The notes beneath the pieces were generated by a model. That model made no database searches, had not been told where the DNA came from, and saw only the letters and a program-made list of their open reading frames with translations. Of a stretch of DNA of 64,000 bases, positions 28,631-41,996 are shown in pieces. A program made the translations under genes and the position numbers. The DNA comes from the human T2T-CHM13v2.0 reference genome, Homo sapiens. Within the stretch, counting starts at the first letter, position 1. Each line of letters begins with the position of its first letter. Location: assembly GCF_009914755.1 (NCBI RefSeq), contig NC_060936.1, one strand, 5' to 3'.

Positions 28631-30141
28631 TTAAGCCACGAGGAGCACCTGTTATGTGCCAAGAACTGTGCTCACAAGAGTGAGCAAGACACACAAATGC
28701 CTGGCCGAGTGGAGCTGACCTGCTCCTGGGGGTGGGGGAAAGAGACTGCCAATAAACAGATGAATCAATGATTCTGGTATCAGTCAGGGGGCCACAAGGG
28801 TGAGGAAGAAAAAACATGCAGAGGCAAGTCAGGCGCGGTGGCTCCTGTAATCCTAGCACTTTGGGAGGCCAAAGTGGGAGCATTGCTTGAGCCCAGGAGT
28901 TTGAGACCAGCCTGGACAACATAGAGAGACCCTGTTTCTACAAAAAATAGAAACAATTAGCCAGGCATGGTGGGGTGCACCTGTAGTCCCAGCTCCTTGA
29001 GAGGCTGAGGCAGCAGGATCGCTTGAGCCCAGGAGTTCAAGGTTGCAGTGAGCCATGATTGTACAACTGCACTCCAGCCTGGGTGATGGAGTGAGACCCT
29101 GCCTCTAAGAAAAAGAAAGAAAAAAAGCAGGAGCAGAAGAGAGATGGAGATGGTCAGCAATGGGGGCAGGGCTGGTTTAGGTTTGGTGGGCAGTCAGACA
29201 TCTCCTGGGAGTGAAGAAAGCAAGGGTAGACAGCTGGGCGCGGTGGCTCACGACTATAATCCCAGCACTTTGGGAGGCCAAGGCGGGAAGATTGCCTGAG
29301 GTCAGCTATTCAAGGCCAGCCTGGCCAACATGGTGAAACCCCATCTCTACTAAAACTACAAAAAATTAGCTGGGCATGGTGGCTTTCACTTGTAATTCCA
29401 GCTTCTCAGGAGGCTGAGGCAGAAGAATCACTTGAACCCAGGAGGTGGCAGAGGCTGCAGTGAGCCAGGATTGAGCCATTGCACTCCAGCCTGGGCAACA
29501 GAGTGAGACTCCGTCTCAAACAAAACAAAACAAAAACATCTGGTGGAAGAGCATTCTGGGCACAGGGAACAGCCAGTGCTAAGGCCTTGAAGTGGGAGCA
29601 TGAAGGTGAGTTTGAGGAACAGCCAGGAGGAGCCCAGTGTGCTGCAGTGTCCTTTGATAATGCTCAGCACTCTGTGCATTCACTGAAGGCCACTAGGGAC
29701 AAAGTGTCCTACACAATGTCATTTCCCTTCACCCAACTACTATCATGCCCATTTGACAAGCCAGAGATACTGAGGCTCAGAAAGTGGGAGCCTGTTGCTG
29801 GTGGCAAGAGGGGACCTTTGGAGGTTGCACAGCAGTGCCGTGATGGAAACTCGGGCATGGGAAACACCAGCAGTAGCCATTGCCCAGCTGGGGGCCAGGC
29901 CAGGCCAGGTCCCCGGGCCTCCTCCTCGCCTGTGGCCCAGGCCTGCAGAAGCACATTTTACAAATGCAGACAGCAAGGCCTCCACTCTGGCTGGGTGACC
30001 CTGGGCAAGATCTTTGCTCTCAAACCTCAGTGTCTGCATCTGTAAAAGGGGTGTGAAGCTCTGTTGTTTACAGGACTGGTCTTTGTGGCCACTCCTCTTC
30101 ACAACCCTCGAGGGACACGGGACTCTCACACCCAATCATAG

Positions 30142-30354
<213 letters not shown>

Positions 30355-30629
30355 TGACAAGGCTGGTCTCAAACTCCCGACCTCAGGTGATCCATCTGCT
30401 GCAGCCTCCCAAAGTGCTGGGATTACCGGCATGAGCCACCGAGCCTGCACTATATTCAACATTCTTTATCAGTCGTTGCTATGTGGAGGTACCTCCCCCA
30501 CTCCTAAGCCCTCAATGTGAGTTTTCTCATCAAATTCCCCCTCAACCCAATGGGGTCAGTCCTGTCACTGTCCCCATTTTCCAGATGAGGAAACTGAGGC
30601 CCAGAGAATCTATGTGACTGCACAGCTAG

Positions 30630-30884
<255 letters not shown>

Positions 30885-31176
30885 TGATCCACCGCCTCAG
30901 TCTCCCAAAGTGCTGGGATTACAGGCCTAAGCCACCGCGCCTGGCCCACTTTTTGAATTTTTATGAGTATATAGTAGGTGTATATATTTATGGAGTATGT
31001 GAGGTATTTTGATACAGGCATGCAATGTGTAATTATCACATCAGGGTAAATGAGGTATCCATCACCTCAAGCACTTATCATGTATTTGTGTTTGTACTAG
31101 TTAACTTTTGTTGTTATTTAAATTATTATTAATACGAATTGCTAATATGAATATTAATAGCATTGATCATTGTTAA

Positions 31177-31623
<447 letters not shown>

Positions 31624-31695
31624 TAAGACGGCCTGGCTTGTTTCCGGGAGCTACGGATCAGTCATGGGAATTTGAATAACCCTTTCTCTCCTTAG

Positions 31696-31870
31696 GTCCC
31701 AGTGACCTGCCGAGTGGGAAGAGCCGTGGCTGGCCGGCCTCCCAGTGGCGACGACGACCTCGCTGTGTTCGTGGCAGCGGCACTCTCAAATCTGGGCACG
31801 GTGATGGGAAGGTTATTTGTTGGAATCCCTTTGCCTTTCCAAGGGAAAATAAACACAAAAAGTGAGAAGT
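31696..31870 (+). ncRNA. Candidate terminal exon of an upstream lncRNA (possibly LINC02356; name recalled, not verified)
   Basis: Pyrimidine tract plus AG (cctttctctccttag|gtccc, AG at 31694-31695), unique CpG-containing sequence, and AATAAA at 31848-31853. Confidence 0.35.
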
Positions 31871-32265
31871 CTTGGGGTCTCAGCGAGCGCCAAAACAAAA
31901 AACTGGACTCTGGCGGGGATGTGGGCAAGAAGCGACTAAGCGAGGAAGGAAACCAGTTTGGGCCTCCGAGAAATCTGGCAGGCGAGAAGGTTTGAACCGT
32001 GATTAAAAAGGGGAAGAACCACAAGTCCCAATTTAAGTCAGCAGAGCTGCTGTCTGGGCAGTGAGAGGGAAAGTGCTTGTGGCTGGCAGATTTCAGCAGC
32101 CATTTGGCATTGGCTGGGTACCGGGCTGCTCTGTGGGTGCTGCCTGGCAGCTGCATGGCTACAGACAAGTAACTGTTCTCTCTTGGCCGCAGTGTCCCCA
32201 GGTATAAGAAAGTGATCAAATAATATGGGATGATCCATTCAGACTTTTTTTTTTTTTTTTTTTAG

Positions 32266-32721
<456 letters not shown>

Positions 32722-33699
32722 TGATGGGCCCACCTTTGAAACATCATCTCTTACCAGTATAGGTGTCACCACTGCCTTTATGACTTTATTCCAAAGCACC
32801 ACATGTATTCCCACCTCAGCACCTTTGCACATGCTGTTCCTTTGGCCTGGAATGCTCTTCCCTCAGACGTTATAGCACCTGGATCCTTCTTGTCATGGAG
32901 GGTTCTAAGCTCACATGTTAGTTCCGCAGAGGTGTCCTTCCTGAGCCCTGGATCTAAGACATCCCCTTCCAGCTCTCCATCCCGTAACTGTTTTGTCATT
33001 GTCATAGCTGATCCCACTTGCTTATTCGTGCCTTATGTCCCCCCACTAGAATATCAGCTCCACGCAGGCAGGGATATCTGTGTTGTTCACTGCTGTGTTC
33101 CCAGCGCCTAGAACAGTGCCTGGAAATGTGCGGAAAGCAGATTTTTGTGGCCTTTTTCTTCAAGGTCATTGGACACCAGGAATCCTGTAGCAGACCGCTC
33201 CCTTCCCCCATCTACTCGGAGTCTGGAAATCCCCACCTTCTGGGGAACCCCTTCCTGTAGTTCTAAGGTCAGGACTGGGGCCGATTTGTTTAACACAGAG
33301 AGCTTCCTGGAGCCAAGCCTCGAGCTAACTGCTTTAATGCATTAACTCACTTAATTCTCACTGCCAGGAGAGTGGGTACACATTATTTCCATTTCATAGG
33401 CAAGGAAGTGGAGAGGTACGGAGAAGTCAAGTCATTTGCCCGGGTAGGAAGAGGGGGAGGCAGTGGAATGGAGACACTTGCTGCCTGGGAAGACTCGAGG
33501 TGGCCCCTCCAAGCTGGGGGCGTGGGCGACTTGTTTCCTGTTGGGGGAGGGGGAGAAGAGTACATTCCTCCCTCCCCGCCCTCCCACATGTTGGGGGAGA
33601 GGCTGGCTGAGAGCATGTCCCACTCCGGACTAGGGGGAACCCCACTGTCCGTCTCAGCTCCCCATGAGGCCGTGGAGAAAATGTAAGTAGCCCGGGGGC

Positions 33700-35350
33700 G
33701 GGCAGGGGGGTGGGCGCAGAGGCCACGGAAGCCAGCGGTCGGAGAGGGCTTCCTGGAGAAAGATGCACCCCTCCTAGAATTGGGGGACAGGACGGGCGGC
33801 CGGAGCGAGGCTGGGCTATACGGGCACCGGCTGTAGCAAAGGCAAAGCTGAGGGCTGGGGCCAGAACCCAAATCGGGGGCCTGGGGCCGTGGCGGGTCGG
33901 GTCAGCATGATCGCAGATAGTCAGGGTCGGGCAGGGCTGGGCTCCCTCCCTGGGGCGATGATGAAAGCCGTGGTCGCTATTGCACCGCCCAGCCCTGCGG
34001 GCACTGATAAGGCCCTGCAGGAGGGAGTCAGCAAGGGCGCGCCCCCTGGAGGCCAGGCCCCTCGACCCTGCCCGCCCTAGGCCCCGCCCCTTCATCTGGC
34101 CCCGCCTCCAGGCGCTGAGGCACCTGGTGACCTGCCGGCGTTGAGTGGGTGGGGCTAAAGTCGCCCCGCCCCTCCGATCCTCACTTCTATCTTCAGACTG
34201 TGGGACGCGAAATCGGGTGGGCACGTGGTGGGCGTGGCTTCGCAAGGCCTCGCCTTTTTCCGGACCCGCGCCAGGAGAGCCCTCCGACCCTGGCAGCCGC
34301 GGACTAGCGGGATTGGTAGGCGGGGCCAGTCCGGGCTCCGCCCTCATGGCCCGCCCCTCCAGCCGAATCTCCGACTCGCGCGCGGCCTGAGGCGTGGCTC
34401 CTGGTGGCCCCGCCCCTGCCCCGCCCCTGTCGCGGCCGGCCTCCCCCGCCGGGCTCCGCTCGCACGGCCGGTTCCTCTTTACATAACGGCGCGGGGCGGC
34501 ATGGGCCCGGGCCACCGCCTCCGCCCGGCTGCCCGCCCGGACTGTCGCGGCCCGCGGTGGCGACGGCGGCCGCTGCAAAGTTTCCCCGGCGGCGGCGGCC
34601 CGGGGGCGCATCCTCCCGCAACTGTCAAGCGCTGGCGGCGGAAATGATGAGGCGCTGGCCATTTTCCGAGCCCGGGTTTCCTGCCTGAGCCCCGCTCGAG
34701 CGAGCCGCGAGCGAGGAGCCGGCGGGCGGGAGAGGACGCGCCCAGGGCGGGGGCCCGCCCGCCCCCTCGGGATTTCGAGGGCCCGGGGGCGCGCGACGCC
34801 ATGGGCCGGCCGGGCCCAGAGCTCCTGTCTCTCAGGTGAGCCCGCGTTTGCCCGCGCTCCCCTCCTCCGGGGCCGGGAGGGCTTTTGTGGGGAAAGAGGA
34901 GGCCCCGTGTCCAGTTCTGCCCGGGCTCTGCGCGTCACCCCCAGCCCAAAATACTGCCCTGCAGCCAACTCGGATGGAGGCGTTCCGGGGTGACGGCTCC
35001 CAGCGCCTACGACCCCCCACTCAGCCACTACCCCCACCCACACACGTGTTAGGGAGAGCGTTGGGGTAACTGAGGCCGTGGGATGGGGGAGAGGGCATCG
35101 CTGACGCCCCCAGCCCACCCTACGGTAGCCTCGCCGGTTGGGGGCGGCCCTCCCCTCAACTTGTGCCTGGGGAGGAGCGGTCAGGGGTCACCCATTGCTA
35201 CCCTGAAAGTGAAAGTAGTCAAACTGAGGCTGTGAGCACAGATGAGCCCTTGGGTGTGGGGGCAGCGGGGGAGGATGCGCCGGCCCCTCCCCACTCCCCA
35301 TTCCGGGCCATGTGGCTAAGAGGGTAGCGCCCTGATTCAGGAAGCCCCTC
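33700..35350 (+). promoter_or_regulatory. SH2B3: CpG-island promoter of SH2B3
   Basis: Very high GC/CpG content, multiple GC boxes, inverted CCAAT (ATTGG 34312-34316), E-box CACGTG 34222-34227, and YY1-like GCCATTTT at ~34658. It encloses exon 1. Confidence 0.9.
34481..34835 (+). other. SH2B3: SH2B3 exon 1 (5'UTR, contains uORFs); TSS position approximate
   Basis: Ends at the consensus donor CAG|GTGAGC (GT at 34836). The sequence agrees with my recollection of the SH2B3 mRNA leader joining ...ctgtctctcag to cccggccgcacc... Confidence 0.8.
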
Positions 35351-38300
35351 TCCCCAGTTCCTGCACTGCCGAGGTCGACCGGGCCAGGCCCCCGCATGCT
35401 GCTGAATTGGGCGGTTCACCAGGGCTAGGCGTCCCAGAGACAGGTTTCTGGTATTGATCCTCTCACACCTCTTGCCTGGGGTTCCCTGGGAATCCCCCGA
35501 CCAAAAAACGTCTGGAGTGGGTGTTGGTCTTCTAGATCCGCACGGTAGGGATGGTATTTCAGAGGTCTCTGATGCCTGGTGCAGAAATCCCCTTCCCTCC
35601 CTTCCCTCCCTCCGGCCAGGGGAGCTTTGTTTTGAGGGAGGGGGACTGCATTTGAGGAACTGGAGAGGAGGGTCTGCCTGCCTGTCCCGCTTCTTTTTTT
35701 CTTTAGTTTCCTCATTCTCCTGTTTCTCTTCCCCATTCCCAGCCACAATGATGTAGGTGAGGAGGTCACTGCCTGCAGCTGGGGGCCTCCAGGGAGGGGC
35801 ACGGCCAGGCTGGGCTGAGTGGGAGGAAGTGAAATCTGGTGGGGGGTTCAGAGCAGAGGCCCCGGCAAGGCAATGTCGGCAAGGCCAGCTTTGGTGGCAG
35901 GAGGGACCGAGATCTGACCCGCAGCCCCTCGCCGGGGAGATGACAGTTCCCTAACACCGGCTAGCAGCCAGGCCTCAGGGCCCCTGCCAGGGCAGTGGGC
36001 CTGTGGGTCTCCAGGGATGCAGGCGCAGGTTGTGTCTGGGTTTCCCATCACTGACCTGGCTGCCTGAGTGGAAACAGCTCTGGAGGCTCCTCGGGACCTG
36101 CCCTCGTGGAGGGAGAGCCGTCAGAGGCCACCTGGGCAGGCTGGGCTCGGAGGATGAGAGCCAGGGCCTACTGGGGGAAGTTGGAAGGGTTTTTAGTGCA
36201 CTTTTCCTGAGCCTTTTCCCACTACCCCCTCTGGGAGGGAAAATCCTTCTGAGCCAAAGGGTGAGCATTCCTAGAACTTTTGTGAGTCCCTGTGGGCCAC
36301 AGAGCGGCCAGCTGGGAAGGGGCTGGCTCAGAGCATCAGCAGCTGGGGGCTCAGGGTCTGCAGGGGCTCAGCAGGAAGTGGAGGAGGATAGTGAGGAGGG
36401 TCCTGGAGACTGTGCTTTGCTACTCCTATTGCCTTCGTTCAGCTGAAGGCGTGGGCAAGTGACTCTGCCCTCAGTTTCCCTCTGTGTAAAATGGGGGAGT
36501 AACAGGTTTGCAGTGGAGATTTAATGAGCCAGTGTGTAATGAGCACCTGCTGCCTGGCAAAGAGAGGTTCAGTTGCAGGTGGTGGTGGTGGTAGTGGTGA
36601 TTTTATCATTGCCTTCATTAGTGTTACTGTTATTGGCTATGAGGTGTTCCTTCAGTAGTCTCCCTTGAGCATCTCTTGCATACATAGCACTGGAATTTCC
36701 TGGGTCTTTGGGAGCAGAATTTTGAAGATCTGGGCACTTCCTTAGCTATAAGGCCTTGCTTAACTGCCCCACCTCAGTTTCCTCATCTGTGAAATGGGTG
36801 TGCTAATAGTACCTACTTCCTAGAGTCATGGGAACCATGAATGAGTGAATTCACAGTGTCCAGAGTGGCTTGGTCAGGAGGAAGAGAAGAAGTAGCCTTG
36901 GGGCCGGAATGATCTTTTTTGTTGTGGGTGTTAGCTCTGCTGGCTTTCTTTCCTCATCCCCCCACCCCCACCCCCATGCCTCTCAAACCTGGGCCTGATC
37001 CTCCTTCTCCGATAAATAGAACTTTTGAGTACAAATCAGATCCCACAGGACTGCTGGGCCCTTGGATTTCTGGCTCCCGCTGTGCCACCCCCAGACATTC
37101 TCCATATCCCAGGTGGAGCAGAGCTGGAGGCACTTGGAGGGACCTCCTCGCTGCCAGTCTCAGTGCCACCTGTCTGTGGTGAGGGGAGACCGGGTGCCCT
37201 CCCCAGCCAAGGTGGGGAGGGTCAGTGAAGGGGGTCTCAGGGACATAGTAGGGAGCTGTCCCACAGTCTGGGCCAATACAGCTCCTTTTGCTGGAAACAC
37301 CTTTGGGACCCAGTTTACATGACCCCACACCCTTCTGAGGGCTGGTGTTCATGAGGGTCTCCCATTGCTGGGGATCCTTGGGTTGATCACTTAAGCTCTC
37401 TGAGGCAATTGAGACAACATCTGTGAAAGGCTTTAACAGCTGTGCACTTGCTGTGACATGGCACATAAGGCACTGAGCGCTGAGCCTGGCACTCAATTAA
37501 CAATAGTAGATATTATTGCTATTAATAAAACAAGAGGCTTTTCCTGCTAAATTCCCACTTCTCCCTGGTAGCAGTATGGACTTTGGGGCCAAATCTGGGC
37601 TCTGCCAGCTTCCAGGTGTGAGGTCCTAGGCAGGTTACCTGGCTTCTCTGATCTGGACCTCGCCTGCCCGATGGAAGCCAAGAGTTCCAGCCTCCCCAGG
37701 GTTGGGTGTGTGAAGTACAGTGTCAGGACTGGAACTGTGTTGGCTGTACTTGCTCTGGCTGTGTGATCTTGGGCTGGTCCCTTAGCCTCTCTGAGCCACA
37801 GGTCTTTTTGTCTATGAAATAGGGGGGTTGCCAACTCCCTGTTAGGGTGGTTTTGAGAAAAGGAGGCATGCACAGTGCCCGGCATGCAATTGGCACTCAA
37901 TAAGTGCAAGCCATTGCTGTTCATGCCCAATAGGGGCTGGCACTTAATTGCCAGGTTTCCTGGGAAAACGGTCCCCAAGGGCCCGCGGGCGTTCAGCATC
38001 TTTGACGAGGCAGGGCAGGAAGCCGCTGCCGTCTGGCAGACCGGAGACGCCTGCCTCGGCGAGTCCAGAGGTGCAGTGCTAGCTGCTCATTCCCTGCAAG
38101 GCCCCATTCCTCACTACCCACCCTTCCCAAGGAAACTGAGGCGGGCAGGCTGCCCAGGGGAAGTGACTCAGCCGGGGTCACTTGCTGAGTCAGGCCTTAT
38201 TGGACCCAGGAGTCCTGCACCCCACCTCCCCAGCTTCCCGGGGCTTGAGATCCCTTGGAGACTGAGCAGGTCCTGAGGCCTGGCAGCAGGACCAGGCCAC

Positions 38301-40998
38301 CACTGGACATCTGCTCAATGGGGCCCTGCTGCCGGGGTGACAAGCATCCCTCTACCAGGGCTCCAGGGTTCTGCTGGCCACCACTAGCCATCCTTCCTCC
38401 CAGCAGGGGCAGAGGACACTTCCCCAGGGGAACAGGTCCTCCTGGTGCCCCCCCACTCCCCGCCCCAGCCGGAAACCCGGCAGCTGAGCAGTTAGATAGA
38501 AGATTTTTCCTCCCACGCCACCCTGTCAGGGGTCGGCCAGCAGGGCCGGGCCACAGGCTTCCTTGTGAGCCAGGCCTGGAGCCCCTGGGGGCCCACCCGG
38601 ATGTGGCTACCCCCCGGCTGGCCAGTGGGGAGCCGGCTGCTGCCCAGGACATGTGTCCCCAGGGAGGCCTGGGAGGAAGGAAGTCTATGCCCTCCTCACA
38701 GGGGCTGACTCACAGGCGCCCAATGGGGGGCCCCAGCTGGGAGACTGGGAATGTGATCAATCAGGGAGGTGGACACACAAGGGGACCTCTGACATGGGAT
38801 CTGCCCTTTCAGAGCTCACACACTGGTGTCATCTCAAGGAGGAGAGGCCCAGAGAGGGCAGTGTATGCTGCGAGAGGCGAGGTAATTGAGGGCTTACGCA
38901 TGTCCCTCCTGATGTCCCCAAGTAGCACGTGGGGAGGAGGTTCACCCACAGGCTGCCCTCCTAGGGTCTCCCCTGTCTGCCCTCAACCCAGAGGCAGTGA
39001 AAGGAAGAAGCCACGGCCTTGGGATGGGGGGCGTGCGGGATTCTGATGGTGCTGCCTCTCCGCAGGGAGATGGTTCTTGGCTTTCCCTACCTCCTGAAAC
39101 CTAGCTGGGGCGGTGGCTGGGATGTCAGGCTGGCGGTGTGGGCAGAGGAAGCCAGAGGACATTTCCTGTTCTGGCAGACTGTGCTGGCCTGATAAATGTC
39201 CCCGGGGCACAAGGTGACCCCAGCAAGGGTGCATCAGTGTCCAGCCAGCTGCCCCGTGGCCTGGGGTAGAACCCACCTCTCTGCCTCCCCAGGGACCCTG
39301 CCTTCGCCCCCTGCTTCCCGTGGGCATCTCTGCGTCTGGCAACTTGAATGCTGTGAAAGGGCAGCAGGCCGCCTGCCAGGCAGTGTGTGTCAGAATCCCA
39401 CAACTCTCTGGGCCTCCTTAGGCCACAGGGTCTGGACTCTATGAACAGTTGGTGCTAGGCATGGGGAAGATAGAAATGTTCCTTGTGGCCTAGATTCAAC
39501 CAGGAGGCCTCCCTGGAGGAAGTGTCCCCTCTGAAGGTGTGAGACTTCCTGCCTATATCTGTGAGCTGGGGCAGGGGAGAGTGGAGGCTCTGGACTGGCC
39601 CAATTTAACTTCATTTACCACACTTTAAGAAATCTTCCCCAGGCTGGGAGCAGTGGTTCACACTTGTAATCCCAGCACTTTGGAAGGTCAAGGTGGGAGG
39701 ATCACTTGAGCCCAGGAGTTTGAAACCAGCCTGGGCAGCATAGTGAGACCCTGTCTCTACCAAAAAAAAAAAAAAAAAACTGGGTATGGTGGCACATGGC
39801 TGTGGTCCCAGATACTTGGAAGGACTGCTTAAACCCACAAGGTCATGGTTGCAGTGAGCTGTGATCATGCCACTACACTCCAGCCTGGGTGACAGTCAGA
39901 CCTGTCTCAAAGAAAGAAAAAAAAAAAAAAATCCTCCCCAAGCCTCAGCAGGGGAATTCCTACCATGGATAAAGGCTTTCTCTGCATGTGGGCCTGATCA
40001 TTAAAAGGAAAATTTCAGCCTCCCGAATTATACTATTATCCAGGGTGATTAGATAGAGGAGAGGCTGAGAAGCCCTGATCTCAGCGGGGCATGGATTAAG
40101 GGGACCCCACAGCTCAGCCAGGTTCCCAGCGATTCAAGGTCCTGCGATTTCTCACCGACTTGGTGGCTCCAGGGTGCCTGGGGCTGGCTGTGCTTCTTGG
40201 GGAGCACCAGGTACCACTGCTGCTTCGAGGCCCTCAATAGCCCTTTGGTGGACCCGGTTGTGTTCTGAGCTTGGGGTCCTGAGATGCAGACACCCCCCAG
40301 CCCCAGCTGGTGGGCGTGCAGCTAGCTGCCTTCATGTATTTGCTGCAGGGAGGGAATTGGGGGTGGGGGACAAGGATGCACCAGGCTGAGTTATTCCTTC
40401 TGCACATCATCCTGCCCCTCACCTGGCTGCAGGATTTGGGGAAACCCTGGAGACCCCCATAGCTGGGAGGTTCCTGCCCCAGAAGGAAGCCTGAGCAGGT
40501 GAGGGGGGTCTCCTGGGTGCTAGGGCCCCTCTGTGGGGAAGGTGGTTTATTTCTCTGGCTGACCAGGCTCCCCCGAAGCTCTGTGCTGGGATAGAAGTGT
40601 CCCAAAGACACCCTGCCCCCAACTCATACCCTACAGTCGAAGCCTGAGGGCCCCAGGTCCCCCTGGCGTGATCATCATTGCTTCCTGTCCACAGCTTGTC
40701 AGCCCCTGATCCCAGGGTTGTCACCATCTGATCAATTGCTTTTTCTCTGAGCCTGGCACATAGTAAGCACTCAATAAACGCCACTGCCTGGGCCAGGGTC
40801 AGGGAGGGATCCACCTTCCTGTGGCCTGGCTGCCCTCCTGGCCAAAAAACCTCCCTGGTACAGTCCCTTCCATAGCTTGGGCTACAGCTGACTGCTCTGG
40901 GCTGGCAACTTCCTGCCCGGAGCAGCCTGAGCAGCCGCCTCTCCCCTGAGAAGATCTTTTGTTCCAGCTCCCCATGACGCCCCGAGCCCAGCCCATGA

Positions 40999-41307
<309 letters not shown>

Positions 41308-41678
41308 TAGTAGACATAGGGTTTCATCATGTTGCCCAGCTTGGTCTCGAACTCTGGGGCTCAAGCAATCCTCCCGCCTTGGCCTCCCGAGGTATTGAGA
41401 TTATAGGTGTGAGCCACTGAGCCCAGCCTCTCATTTTTGTTTTCTTCCTTTTGCCCTGTGACAGTTTTCCTGATCATTGGTGGGTTTGGGACCTGGACAG
41501 AGCTACTGCCGACTCCTGACTCCAGCTGGAGCTGAATGAGACTTTTATATTCTCTCCTCTGGGACTCACTCATTCATCCAATAAGCATTCATTGGGAAGT
41601 GAGCCCTTCTTGTGTGCATTTAGGCACTGATCAGACATTTTGGGGGTCCCTTCTGTGTGGGGGTCTCTATAATCACTA

Positions 41679-41996
<318 letters not shown>

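Noticed and set aside
33427-35118. 563-aa minus-strand ORF across the promoter
   Set aside because: Low-complexity R/A/G/P composition and no recognisable domain. Long stop-free frames are expected in a CpG island.
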